Shown piece after piece: positions 30,338-40,032 of a DNA stretch of 64,000 bases. The notes under the pieces are model-generated. The model saw only the letters and a program-made list of their open reading frames with translations. It searched no databases and had not been told where the DNA came from. Source of the stretch: an uncultured Poribacteria bacterium (GTDB taxonomy: Bacteria; Poribacteria; WGA-4E; WGA-3G); NCBI GenBank assembly GCA_951813565.1, contig OX638351.1, forward strand, positions 640,001 through 704,000. The letters are read 5' to 3'. Every line of letters starts with the position of its first letter. Positions within the stretch are counted from its first letter, which is position 1. A program made the translations under genes and the position numbers.

Positions 30338-32124
30338 ATGTTGTTTCTCTCTTTACGCGGTAAATTTTGATACATTACTGCCCCACTAATAATTGCGATT
30401 AACAGGAAAATTAATCCGATTCCGGTAAAACCTAATAGGAGTTTGCCAATGCTGAATAGAAACGAGTAGATGAAAATTACGCCAACAACCCAATTGACTA
30501 AAGCAGGAGTCTTAGAACCTGTTTGAGAGTTTTGTCTATTTGTCCCGTCTGTTACTTCTTTTGTTTCAGCTGCAATAAGTTTCCAACCGCCTTTACTCGG
30601 TCTAACTCTGTTATAGAAGTTTGTTAACGTTTCAGTCGAAACAGGTTCTGTTAAGAACGTAACAACTATCCAAACTACAGTGGAAATTGGTACAATTATC
30701 AGCATTTGGAGTGCAAATTCATCTTTCGTTTGTGGTAGGGTAAAGACAACAATAGAAACGACCAGTGCTGCGAACATCGCAGAAATTTCTGACCAAGCGT
30801 TGATTCGCCACCAATACCATCGCAAAATCTGGACGAGTCCGATTCCTGCATTTAGCGCGATGAGAAATTTCCAAGCACCAGCAATGGAATTCATGAAAAA
30901 ACTTGTCGCACCTGCGATTAGCATAATAAGAATTACAGAAAGGCGAGAGACAACAACGTAATGTTTAGGGGTCGCTTCCGGTTTAAAAAAACGTTTATAG
31001 AAATCGTTGACAAGATAGGATGCCCCCCAGTTCAGATGTGTGTCAATCGTTGACATAAACGCTGCTAAAAATGCAGTGAGCATGAGTCCCAGTAATCCGA
31101 CAGGTAGGTAATCAAGCATTAGCATCGGATAGCCAGCTTCAGCATCATGCAGTGCCGGATTGACATGCTCAGGGTCGCCAAGTCCAGGATAAACCACCAT
31201 TGCGACTAATGCAACGAGTATCCACGGCCAGGGACGGAGTGTATAGTGTGCGATATTGAACCACAGTGTTGCTAAGAGCGTGTGTCTTTCATTCTTCGCT
31301 GCGAACATCCGTTGCGCGATGTATCCGCTACCATCAACACCGTTTGCTGCCCACCACTGCATGCCGAGATAGACACCAAACGTTATAATAGCCATTTTCC
31401 CCGCACTAAAATCAGGCGTAAAATTCAGTATGTTGTGTTCAGCACCATAGATACCTGTAAGTTTTTCTTTAAGGACGCCAATGCCACCTATTTTATTAAC
31501 GGCTATAATTGCAAGTGCGATTGAACCTACCATCGCCATGCCGAACTGCACAATGTCCGTCATCACAACACCCCAAAACCCTGACAACGCACAGTAGATA
31601 CCAGCAATAAGTAAGCATGCCAAGACAACCAATATCTTTGTGTTAGCATCATCTGGCAGGTCAAAGGTCAGTCTAACAATTTTCTGCATTGCGAGGATTA
31701 CCCATCCCATCGTAATGCAGTTAATTGGTAAACCGATATAAAGTGCGCGAAAACCGCGCAGAAAACTTGCTGATGGTCCTGAGTAGCGGAGTTCAGTAAA
31801 TTCAACATCGGTGATGATATCAGAACGTCGCCATAATCGGGCAAACAAGAATGTAGCTAACATGCCGCTCAAAACGGCATTCCACCACAACCAATTGCCC
31901 GCTATTCCATCATTGACAACAATGCCAGTAACAGCAAGTGGCGTGTCAGCAGCGAAGGTTGTCGCCACCATAGAGGTGCCCGCCAACCACCACGGGAGAT
32001 TTCGTCCAGAGATAAAAAATTCGTTGATGTTTTTTCCAGCGCGTTTGGAAAAATAGATACCGAGTCCGAGTGCAAAAAGGATGTAGCCGACAACAATTGC
32101 CCAATCAATGGGTGAGATATTCAT
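30334..32124 (-). CDS. Sodium:solute symporter (SSS family)
   Basis: FFISGRNLPWWLAGTSMVATTFAADTPL; many TM segments. Confidence 0.93.
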   Translation of the reverse strand: MNISPIDWAIVVGYILFALGLGIYFSKRAGKNINEFFISGRNLPWWLAGTSMVATTFAADTPLAVTGIVVNDGIAGNWLWWNAVLSGMLATFLFARLWRRSDIITDVEFTELRYSGPSASFLRGFRALYIGLPINCITMGWVILAMQKIVRLTFDLPDDANTKILVVLACLLIAGIYCALSGFWGVVMTDIVQFGMAMVGSIALAIIAVNKIGGIGVLKEKLTGIYGAEHNILNFTPDFSAGKMAIITFGVYLGMQWWAANGVDGSGYIAQRMFAAKNERHTLLATLWFNIAHYTLRPWPWILVALVAMVVYPGLGDPEHVNPALHDAEAGYPMLMLDYLPVGLLGLMLTAFLAAFMSTIDTHLNWGASYLVNDFYKRFFKPEATPKHYVVVSRLSVILIMLIAGATSFFMNSIAGAWKFLIALNAGIGLVQILRWYWWRINAWSEISAMFAALVVSIVVFTLPQTKDEFALQMLIIVPISTVVWIVVTFLTEPVSTETLTNFYNRVRPSKGGWKLIAAETKEVTDGTNRQNSQTGSKTPALVNWVVGVIFIYSFLFSIGKLLLGFTGIGLIFLLIAIISGAVMYQNLPRKERNNI

Positions 32125-32293
32125 TTTGTTTCTCCAATCTTCTTGAATTTAATTTACAGCAATATTGTGTAAAAATCAAGAAAAAACTAATTCCATTTTT
32201 TGTTGCAAAGATTTAATAAAAATTGTATACTTTAACATAACGGAATAGCGATCAAGAGATTGCTTCCATTAAATTTTTACAAAGGAGCCTCAA

Positions 32294-33088
32294 ATGCAAC
32301 GCAGTATAGTGATTCTTGTATGTCTGCTATTGACATTTCAAATAAGCGGTTTGTCCGCTGATGTGTTAGATCCTGACTTAGTACTTTATTTTGATTTCGA
32401 AAGCTTTGATGGTGGAAATGTTATAGAAAAATCCGGGCGTGGTTATGATGGTGAAATCGTAGGAAAAGTCACACAATCTGACGATGGGAAGTTTGGAAAA
32501 GCCGCACATTTCGCATCGGGCAGTTTTCTTGACTTAGACGGTCCCAACGTAAAACCTGATGATATTCCGACTGAGGGTATGAGCATTGTCGCGTGGATCA
32601 ACGTTGAAGCGGTTGCGGATATGGCGATTTTCAACGCTCGTGCGGGGGACAACACGTGGCTTGTGCACCCAGAGGCGCGTGGTGACGGTAATTATCGTTG
32701 GCTTAATCGGAGTGCTGGTGGTGTAAAGATATTTGATATCCGTGGGGGTAGCAACAAAGCCAAACAATGGATGCATTATGCGGGAACCTTCAGTCGTGAA
32801 GAAGGAATGGCTTACCTCTATATCAACGGTGTCCAAGTTGGTGAGGAAAAAGCACGTCTTCCAGATCCGATTGCAGGAGATTGGGGTCAGGGCGCACGTG
32901 TCGGTTATAACATTGATAACAACCGGCCATTTAATGGACTCATGGATGACTTAAATGTCTGGAAACGCGGATTAACGCATGAAGAAGTTAAAGACATTAT
33001 GAATAATAGTTTGGATAAACTTCTGGCTGTTGAAGCGCGTGGCAAATTGACGACTACATGGGGAAGACTGAAGTCTTCTCAGCGTTAA
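32294..33088 (+). CDS. Secreted LamG/concanavalin-like domain protein with C-terminal AVEARGKLTTTWGRLK motif
   Basis: LVLYFDFE, GKFGKA, WMHYAGTF, FNGLMDDLNVW. Confidence 0.9.
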   Translation: MQRSIVILVCLLLTFQISGLSADVLDPDLVLYFDFESFDGGNVIEKSGRGYDGEIVGKVTQSDDGKFGKAAHFASGSFLDLDGPNVKPDDIPTEGMSIVAWINVEAVADMAIFNARAGDNTWLVHPEARGDGNYRWLNRSAGGVKIFDIRGGSNKAKQWMHYAGTFSREEGMAYLYINGVQVGEEKARLPDPIAGDWGQGARVGYNIDNNRPFNGLMDDLNVWKRGLTHEEVKDIMNNSLDKLLAVEARGKLTTTWGRLKSSQR

Positions 33089-33401
33089 TTTGTAGTCAAT
33101 CTAAAATAACCCAAGTTGCACCTATGTAGCACAAACTTTTAGTTTGTGCTATGAGGACGCAAACTGAAAGTTTGCGCTACAATATTTCGCCAATAACAAA
33201 CTCTTCTCTATTAAAAATGGCGTCTGTGTGTCTAAAATCTTATAGGTAGCAACTTAGGTTAAAATAAGTGAAAAATTCTTGTAGGCGCGGTTTCAAACCG
33301 CGCCTACTGCTTTAATGTGTCTGATTTTAGATCATGTAAAAGTCTGTAGATCGGGTAGAGTTTGCGAAACCCAATCTAAGAACTGATAACAAGCAGACGT
33401 T

Positions 33402-33438
33402 AAAAAAAGGGACTTAACCACCGAGGTGGTTAGGTCCC
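33402..33438 (-). terminator. Intrinsic terminator
   Basis: GGGACTTAACCAC-CGAG-GTGGTTAGGTCCC with a 7-T run on the minus strand. Confidence 0.75.
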
Positions 33439-33453
33439 AAAAACCATCAAGGG

Positions 33454-33957
33454 CTATTCACTTGGTGGTGACTCAACAGCATAGAATATGCCAGCCGCGG
33501 GACCATCATCACAACTATAGACATAAGCTCCAACTCCACTATGAAAAACATTACCAGAAGATACAACAATATCGACTGTGCCTCCAGCTGGAATAATGAT
33601 GCTAGCCCCTCCCCCCCAATGTATGGTGTGGTCAGTTGCGTCTGAGTTTTTAATTGTGATGGACTCTCCGAACTCCACCTGAATAACAAGCGGGTCAGGG
33701 GTACAGCCGGTAATGTCTAAAAGATTGACATTTACAGCTGCTGCCCACACCGCCTCCCACCATCGATTTCTCTCTTCATCTGTCGTATCTTCCCCCGGCC
33801 AATCTAAAAATAGATCAATTGGTGGTGTAACTTCTTCCGTAGGATCGGGCATTACGGTTTCCGTAACCGTCATTGCCCGTTCGCACCCGGCAACAACTAC
33901 GACAATAAGGACGATGACAATTATAGCCAGTCGTGCTACTCTTTCTGTTACTTTCAA
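33454..33957 (-). CDS. Lipoprotein, possibly with a C-terminal cupredoxin-like beta domain
   Basis: Lipobox VAGC; GESITIKNSDATDHTI...GAYVYSC; RBS AGGAGG. Confidence 0.65.
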   Translation of the reverse strand: MKVTERVARLAIIVIVLIVVVVAGCERAMTVTETVMPDPTEEVTPPIDLFLDWPGEDTTDEERNRWWEAVWAAAVNVNLLDITGCTPDPLVIQVEFGESITIKNSDATDHTIHWGGGASIIIPAGGTVDIVVSSGNVFHSGVGAYVYSCDDGPAAGIFYAVESPPSE

Positions 33958-34663
33958 GGATCTCTCCTCCTTCTATTTTTCTAAAACTTAGTCTTATTTC
34001 CTAAGAGGGTATTAACAAAATAATGATGCGACAGTCCCTCTAAACTGTGCAGCATCACAACTAATTTTTTAGAGACTAACAGACATTATAACGATTTAAT
34101 TGTGTCAGGACTTACGCATTAGAGTATAGTTGAGTGGTGTGTGCTGAATATAGATTGACAGTAATCAACACGAGTTTGTTTGCCATTTTTTACCCTCTCA
34201 CACCATAGCTATATTGGAAAGTTGAATAGTCTATATTAAGGATTATTAGGTAAGTCCTAAGTAATTTCGAACAATATCACATATAAGCCAATTATTTGGT
34301 TTCAATTACTTCATAAATGACTTTATACGAATTATGCGCTAAGTATTAAATTAAGTCAAGGAAAAAATAAAATTTATGGAATTTTGGGAAATTAGTCGGA
34401 TTTTTAAGCACTAAGGCATAATGCGGTGTCAAAAGATACAGCAACGAAAAAGATAAACTACGGAATTGGAAAAAGGCTTTTGTGATTTAGGCATGGAAAC
34501 CTGTTGTAGGTTAACTATGGTTTGGACAATTTTTAGAGTTCTTAGGTAATAGTCTGCATTAAAAGAACAACTCTTGACATCAATATCGATTTATTGATAC
34601 ACCTGTCGCCCCGCTGGGGCTAAAGAGGGTTTGTTCACGATGTTTCTATAAACATTCCGCCCC

Positions 34664-34768
34664 GACAAATGCCATACGGGGAATGCCAAAAGGCATTCAT
34701 ACCCGGTGAATGACTAAATGTCATTCATACCGTTGATTTCTTGATTTGGCGCATTTGGCGTTGATTTG
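34664..34768 (+). repeat. Three-layer nested hairpin-GTTGATTTG mini-element inside REP CGCCCC|GCTGGGGC
   Basis: Removing the 105 nt restores CGCCCCGCTGGGGC, which is seen intact near 34607. Confidence 0.8.
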
Positions 34769-35066
34769 GCTGGGGCTGCTCTTATTTGCCATGAGGATCT
34801 TTTTCTGCGAGTTACGTCCCCGTGAAAAACTCAGCGAAAAATGAGAAATACTTGAAAACAGATCATGAAATAGTAGTTCGTCCGTCGGGTAGAGCTTGCG
34901 AAACCCGACAATATAAAGGTTTCAAGGCAAACTGGGCGGGTTTCACAAGGAAATCGTAGGAACACATCAAGCAGGTTGTGATAATAGTATTTCAGTCCCA
35001 ACATGTCGGGTTTCGCATTCGCTCTACCCATAGGTGTAAACTTAAGGATATATCCTCTTGTGGGAG

Positions 35067-35149
35067 TGAATCAACGCCAAATGCACTTTTTGGCATTTGG
35101 CGGGTTTTCAACCCCGCAGCATGCCATACGCGCATGCTGCGTTGATTTG
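35067..35149. repeat. Two mini-elements (35067-35101 reverse; 35116-35149 forward) in one REP hairpin
   Basis: AATCAAC-GCCAAATGC..GCATTTGGC and GCAGCATGC..GCATGCTGC-GTTGATTTG. Confidence 0.75.
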
Positions 35150-35449
35150 GATTTTCTGCTTGAATCTCGTTTAATCGGGCGGACAAGGTTTCCCTCCCAC
35201 AAGAGATAATTTAGCAATTTTGTTCTTAAATTGACACTCGCTGAAGAGCGTTTGACATATTCAGAATATACCTAACAAGAAATTACCGAATTAAAAAATT
35301 AATCTTCATTTAGTTTGTGCCTTATGAGACGCAAACTAAAAGTTTGCGCTACAGAAGTGTCCCATTAATTATAGGTTTTACTATAGTTTTAATTCGTGTT
35401 TTTTCAAAGTAGGTACGGTTGAAAAACGCACCCGAATAAGATTGGTAAT

Positions 35450-36310
35450 TTAGGTTGGAAGCGTTGCGTGCGCTGTTACATGTAGAGGTAAGAAGAACGG
35501 GCGTTTTGATGTAAGGACTTCATGGCGGAGTTGTGCTGCTAATGTATCAACACCAACCTGTTCCGCTGTCGCAATCCCGTACTTTTCAATAAGTGGAAGG
35601 AGACTCTGAAAAATAGTTGCCATGTATCGGTACCCTACCCAATTCGCTGCTGCACCGATGGGAGCATGAAGGTGCATCTTTGGTGCTGGCAATCCTACTT
35701 CAACAAAAACACGGTAAAGCCCTATACCCGTGTCCAGATGCGCTCCTGAATGTTTGAATACATCCAAAATCCACTGGTAAAGTTGATTGATAAAGGGTGT
35801 ATCTGGATGTGAATACGCTGGATAGAGTGTGTATTCCGGCTCCTGAAACGCAACAATTCCTCCCGGTTTTAGATGCTTTACGAGTTTTTGCAGCGCATCC
35901 ACGGGGTTAGCCAAATACATTAACACAAACCGACCAACAAGCGCATCAAATTTGTCATCAAGTTCAAGTGTTCGTGCGTCACCTGCGATGAATTCGACGT
36001 TTTTCATACCTGCGTCTGATGCGCGTTGACGCGCCGTTTCAAGGATAGACGGATTGATATCAACGCCAACTACTTGTCCTGATGTGCCAACAAGTTCAGC
36101 AAGCATGAGAGCCGCATCGCCAGCACCGCTACCGATTTCAAGCACCCGCATCCCAGTTCCAATACCCGCACGTTCGCAGAGCAGCCTCGTTGACTCTCCA
36201 TAGATTCTTGACTGCTCAATGAGGCGCGTTGTTTCGTGTGAGGTTCGCCCTAAGGTATAGGTTGCATCGCGATTTGATGCGTGCGAGTTTTGTGAATGAT
36301 TTTCTGCCAT
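35450..36310 (-). CDS. Class I SAM-dependent methyltransferase
   Basis: GMRVLEIGSGAGD; FDALVGRFVLMY; LKPGGIVAFQE. Confidence 0.92.
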   Translation of the reverse strand: MAENHSQNSHASNRDATYTLGRTSHETTRLIEQSRIYGESTRLLCERAGIGTGMRVLEIGSGAGDAALMLAELVGTSGQVVGVDINPSILETARQRASDAGMKNVEFIAGDARTLELDDKFDALVGRFVLMYLANPVDALQKLVKHLKPGGIVAFQEPEYTLYPAYSHPDTPFINQLYQWILDVFKHSGAHLDTGIGLYRVFVEVGLPAPKMHLHAPIGAAANWVGYRYMATIFQSLLPLIEKYGIATAEQVGVDTLAAQLRHEVLTSKRPFFLPLHVTAHATLPT

Positions 36311-36321
36311 GCGTTGAACTT

Positions 36322-37158
36322 TTAAGTTGGGAGGGATGCATGTGCTGTGACGTGTGGGGGCAGCATAATCGGGCGTTTTGATGCAGCGACTTCTGCTTGT
36401 ATCCGAGATGCAAGCGTGTCTATGTCTACCTCATCAGTAGTCGCAATTTCGTAAGCCTCTATTAACGGTAGGATACTCCGAAAACTATTTTCGAGATATG
36501 CAAATCCGGGCCAATCTTCAGGACCGCCCATGGGCGCTTCAAAATGTAATGCGGGTTCGGGCAAACCAGCATCAACGAAGGCTTTGTAGAGTTCCATACC
36601 CATTTCTACATGTGCGCCAGAACGTTCAAACACGGTGCGCCCCCATTTAATTAAGTCGTTTATCAAAGGTGTATCTGGATGTACAGCAACAGCATAAGGT
36701 GAAAAATCAACCTCTTGGAAAGCAACAATGCCACCGGGATGTAGGTGCGTTGCCAAATGTTTAAGCGCATCTGCTGGGTCTGCCATATACATCAGCACAA
36801 GTCTGCCGACAACGGCATCAAAATCGTTTGGAAGTTCAAGTGTTCGGGTGTCACCTGCGATGAATTCTATGTTTGTCCAACCTGCTGCGTCCGCACGTGC
36901 TTTTGCTGTTTCAAGAATATCAGCGTTAACATCTACACCAATCACAGTTCCCTCGGCACCAACAAATTCTGCAAGGGTAAGCGCAACGTCCCCAGCACCA
37001 CTCCCCACATCAAGGACTTTCATGCCTTTTGCGATGCCGCTCCTCAGAAAAAAACGCCGCGTCACATCCTCATAGAGTTGAGACTGTTTAATCAACCGGT
37101 CTGTTTCAGATTCGCTCCTACCCATTGTATATTCTGCATCTCTGCTTTGATTGCTCAT
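36322..37158 (-). CDS. Class I SAM-dependent methyltransferase (paralog; start at MSNQSRD)
   Basis: GMKVLDVGSGAGD; FDAVVGRLVLMY. Confidence 0.92.
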   Translation of the reverse strand: MSNQSRDAEYTMGRSESETDRLIKQSQLYEDVTRRFFLRSGIAKGMKVLDVGSGAGDVALTLAEFVGAEGTVIGVDVNADILETAKARADAAGWTNIEFIAGDTRTLELPNDFDAVVGRLVLMYMADPADALKHLATHLHPGGIVAFQEVDFSPYAVAVHPDTPLINDLIKWGRTVFERSGAHVEMGMELYKAFVDAGLPEPALHFEAPMGGPEDWPGFAYLENSFRSILPLIEAYEIATTDEVDIDTLASRIQAEVAASKRPIMLPPHVTAHASLPT

Positions 37159-37289
37159 GTAAATTTTTTCCCCTTTAAAAATAAAAAAGCAAGACATCAA
37201 CAGTGGAGTGTCCACGTATTTTAGATTTTACTATTATTTGGTATGTGTTAGAGAGCGGTTTGAAGCCGTTCCTAACAAGAAACAAAACT

Positions 37290-39902
37290 TTAGAAAGTAT
37301 AACCGATTTTGGTGTACCAGAAAGCACCACCAAACCCGTAAGGACTATATTCACCGAAGGGTCTACCGACTATAGCACCCGTAAAGTTCTCAATATTTGG
37401 GTCTGACCAAGTAACGTTATTAGGTTCAACATTGAAAACATTATTGACGCCAACCGTTATACCTAAGTTATTAGCAAAGGCGTAATTAAATTCAATATCC
37501 ACTAAAAACACGTCGTCATAAATTTGTGAACCGACAGCATATTCGAACCAAGGTCCGTAGTAATTAACACGCCCCAAAACTCCTAAATTACCTACAACAT
37601 TTTGTGTTAACGTTACGTTTCCGCGGTGCTTGGGTAGCCCTTCTTCTAAGAGTCGGACACGTGTGTCGTCCAAAATATCAGCGTTGCGTTTGGTAACTTC
37701 AGTCTCGGTGTAGTTATAAGCAAGACTTACGACACCTTTAGCGACTGGTGCTGTAAGAACAATGTCAAGACCTTGTGTGCTTGTTTCAAATTCGTTAGTA
37801 AAGAATCGGAATTCTTGCAGGTTTCCGGCACTCGTGATGCCTTCATCAACGAGTTGCTGGATCTGTTCTTCAGTAATATCTTCGCCGCGTAGGAAGTCTT
37901 TAGAGGGCGCCAACCGATCTTCTACCTTGATATTGAAATAATCTATTGTAACACTAACAACATCATCACTAATAACCGTGCCAACAGTAAAGTTTTTTGA
38001 CTTTTCGGGTTCAAGTGCCTTACCACCTACTAAGCCTGCGGCAGCATGCGTAGAAGGAATAGTGCCTTTATTGACCAAGGTATTATTTTCACCGAATTCC
38101 GTTGTGACGTTAAAGGCATTTTGCTGCCCGGGCGTCGGTGCACGAAAACCGGTGCTGTAACTACCACGTACTCTCATGTCAATCGCAGGATCAAGCGAAA
38201 GAAATTCCATGAGGTCGTCGCTGAATGCATAACTTGTTGCGACTTTGTAGTTGATAGTACTACCAAAATCATCAAAATACTCGCCTCGGATAGCAGCGCT
38301 AACAACCCATGGCTCAATCGGTTTCAATTCGGTTTCCAAATATCCTGCAAAATTGGAACGTGTCCAATCGCCTTGCGCAATATCACTGAAGCCAGGAAAT
38401 CCGTTGGAACCCGAACTAAATCCTTGGCTTGCCAATGGCCCAATTTCCCAAGACTCTTTTTGCCCTTGAACAATTTCAAAAGTCTCTGTTCTATATTCAC
38501 CACCTGCGGCAAGAAAGACAAGGTCGTGCAGTGGATAGGTGAGGTCAAGATTAATGTTCGTATCCGCTTGGATATAATCACCCGGGTCGAATTCGGTAGG
38601 TGTATCTGGTCCAAGTGATGCATTCACAGTGTTTTTAATGAAGAAATCAGAGGCGTGGCGTCCATAAGATGCACTTAAATCCCATCCCAAATCCTCAGCG
38701 ACTGATCCTTTCAGTCCAACAAGGACAGAAGCATCTTGTGTATCAGCACCGAAACGAGGTGTGAATCCACCGGGAAAAAGTTCTTGGAAAGTAAAAAGGT
38801 TCGGGTCATCAAAAACCTGTTTTAAAGCCTCTGGGTCTGGAACATTATCGGTTATCTGAACCACAGGAACTTCACCTTCTCCAGACAAACGCCCAACAAG
38901 TAATGTTTCGCCACTGTCGTTACTAAATACGGCAGGTCGAGTATTGGGATTTCGGAAGTAGAACCCACCCTCAACTTGCTTCTGCGCGTAGTTTGCGTGA
39001 CCGTAGAGTTGAATGTTACTAACGATGTCAACTCCGTAGTTTGCAAAAAACTTAATGTCATCCCTAATAATCGGGTGTCCCCACGGTTGTGCGGGGTTGG
39101 CAACATGGCTATTCCCGGCGGCGGAAAGTGCGGCGGCATCGTCTCGTTGCACGGAACGATCTGTCTCGTCAGTGTTACCGTATTCTAAACTGAGGTTTGC
39201 CCATACATCTTCTCTTCCCAAACCGATATTCCCGGCGACGGAATATGTGAGACCGTCACTAAATTGGTATATACCGGGTTTAATTACCAAAGATCCGCCT
39301 TTGTAACTGTCTTTTAATTGTAAGTTCATCACACCGGCGATAGCATCGGAACCATACTGTGCGGATGCACCATCCCGTAACACTTCCATCTGTTTAATTG
39401 CAATCGCAGGAATAGGCGATAGGTCTGCACCTTGCGAACCATCGGACAATCCGTTGCCAAGCCAAGTAATCACAGATGCGCGGTGCCGACGTTTGCCGTT
39501 GACGAGTAACAATGTGTGATCGGGTGCTAATCCCCTTAGATTTGCAGGACGCACGACGGTCGCTGCATCGGCGATAGGTTGTGCATTTACATTGTAGGAG
39601 GGCACCAAATTCCTCAACAAGTCAGGCATATCTGCCCCACCCTGTTTAACAAAATCATCGCTGAGCACGACATCAATCGGAACAGTCGACTCAAGCACGG
39701 AACGCGGTTTGGCACGTGTGCCGACAATAACCAAACCTTCAAGTTCCACGACTTCTTGATCAGATTCTGCTTCGCTTGATTCAGTTTCAGTATCGCTTTC
39801 TTCATGGTTATCTGCTACAACCACAGGTAAGAAGACCATGAAAACTGCTAATGCTATGTAAAATGCATGAACAAGCGGTTTAATATTAATTGTACCTTTC
39901 AT
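37290..39902 (-). CDS. TonB-dependent outer-membrane receptor (start at MKGTIN)
   Basis: Plug 'LRGLAPDHTLLLVNGKRRH', 'EVLRDGASAQYGSDAIAGV'; C-terminal ..IGYTF. Confidence 0.95.
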   Translation of the reverse strand: MKGTINIKPLVHAFYIALAVFMVFLPVVVADNHEESDTETESSEAESDQEVVELEGLVIVGTRAKPRSVLESTVPIDVVLSDDFVKQGGADMPDLLRNLVPSYNVNAQPIADAATVVRPANLRGLAPDHTLLLVNGKRRHRASVITWLGNGLSDGSQGADLSPIPAIAIKQMEVLRDGASAQYGSDAIAGVMNLQLKDSYKGGSLVIKPGIYQFSDGLTYSVAGNIGLGREDVWANLSLEYGNTDETDRSVQRDDAAALSAAGNSHVANPAQPWGHPIIRDDIKFFANYGVDIVSNIQLYGHANYAQKQVEGGFYFRNPNTRPAVFSNDSGETLLVGRLSGEGEVPVVQITDNVPDPEALKQVFDDPNLFTFQELFPGGFTPRFGADTQDASVLVGLKGSVAEDLGWDLSASYGRHASDFFIKNTVNASLGPDTPTEFDPGDYIQADTNINLDLTYPLHDLVFLAAGGEYRTETFEIVQGQKESWEIGPLASQGFSSGSNGFPGFSDIAQGDWTRSNFAGYLETELKPIEPWVVSAAIRGEYFDDFGSTINYKVATSYAFSDDLMEFLSLDPAIDMRVRGSYSTGFRAPTPGQQNAFNVTTEFGENNTLVNKGTIPSTHAAAGLVGGKALEPEKSKNFTVGTVISDDVVSVTIDYFNIKVEDRLAPSKDFLRGEDITEEQIQQLVDEGITSAGNLQEFRFFTNEFETSTQGLDIVLTAPVAKGVVSLAYNYTETEVTKRNADILDDTRVRLLEEGLPKHRGNVTLTQNVVGNLGVLGRVNYYGPWFEYAVGSQIYDDVFLVDIEFNYAFANNLGITVGVNNVFNVEPNNVTWSDPNIENFTGAIVGRPFGEYSPYGFGGAFWYTKIGYTF

Positions 39903-39961
39903 AATTTGCTCTCTCTTTTTGTATGAAAAATACTTATGCGACAACGGCACTTATAAAGTTT

Positions 39962-40015
39962 GGTAGACGTGAATTGCCCGCTTTTGTAGAAAGCAGGTTT
40001 ACAAACACGTCTACC
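39962..40015. terminator. Stem-loop between the two receptor genes
   Basis: GGTAGACGTG...CACGTCTACC arms. Confidence 0.5.
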
Positions 40016-40032
40016 GAGTTTTTGTTACATAT

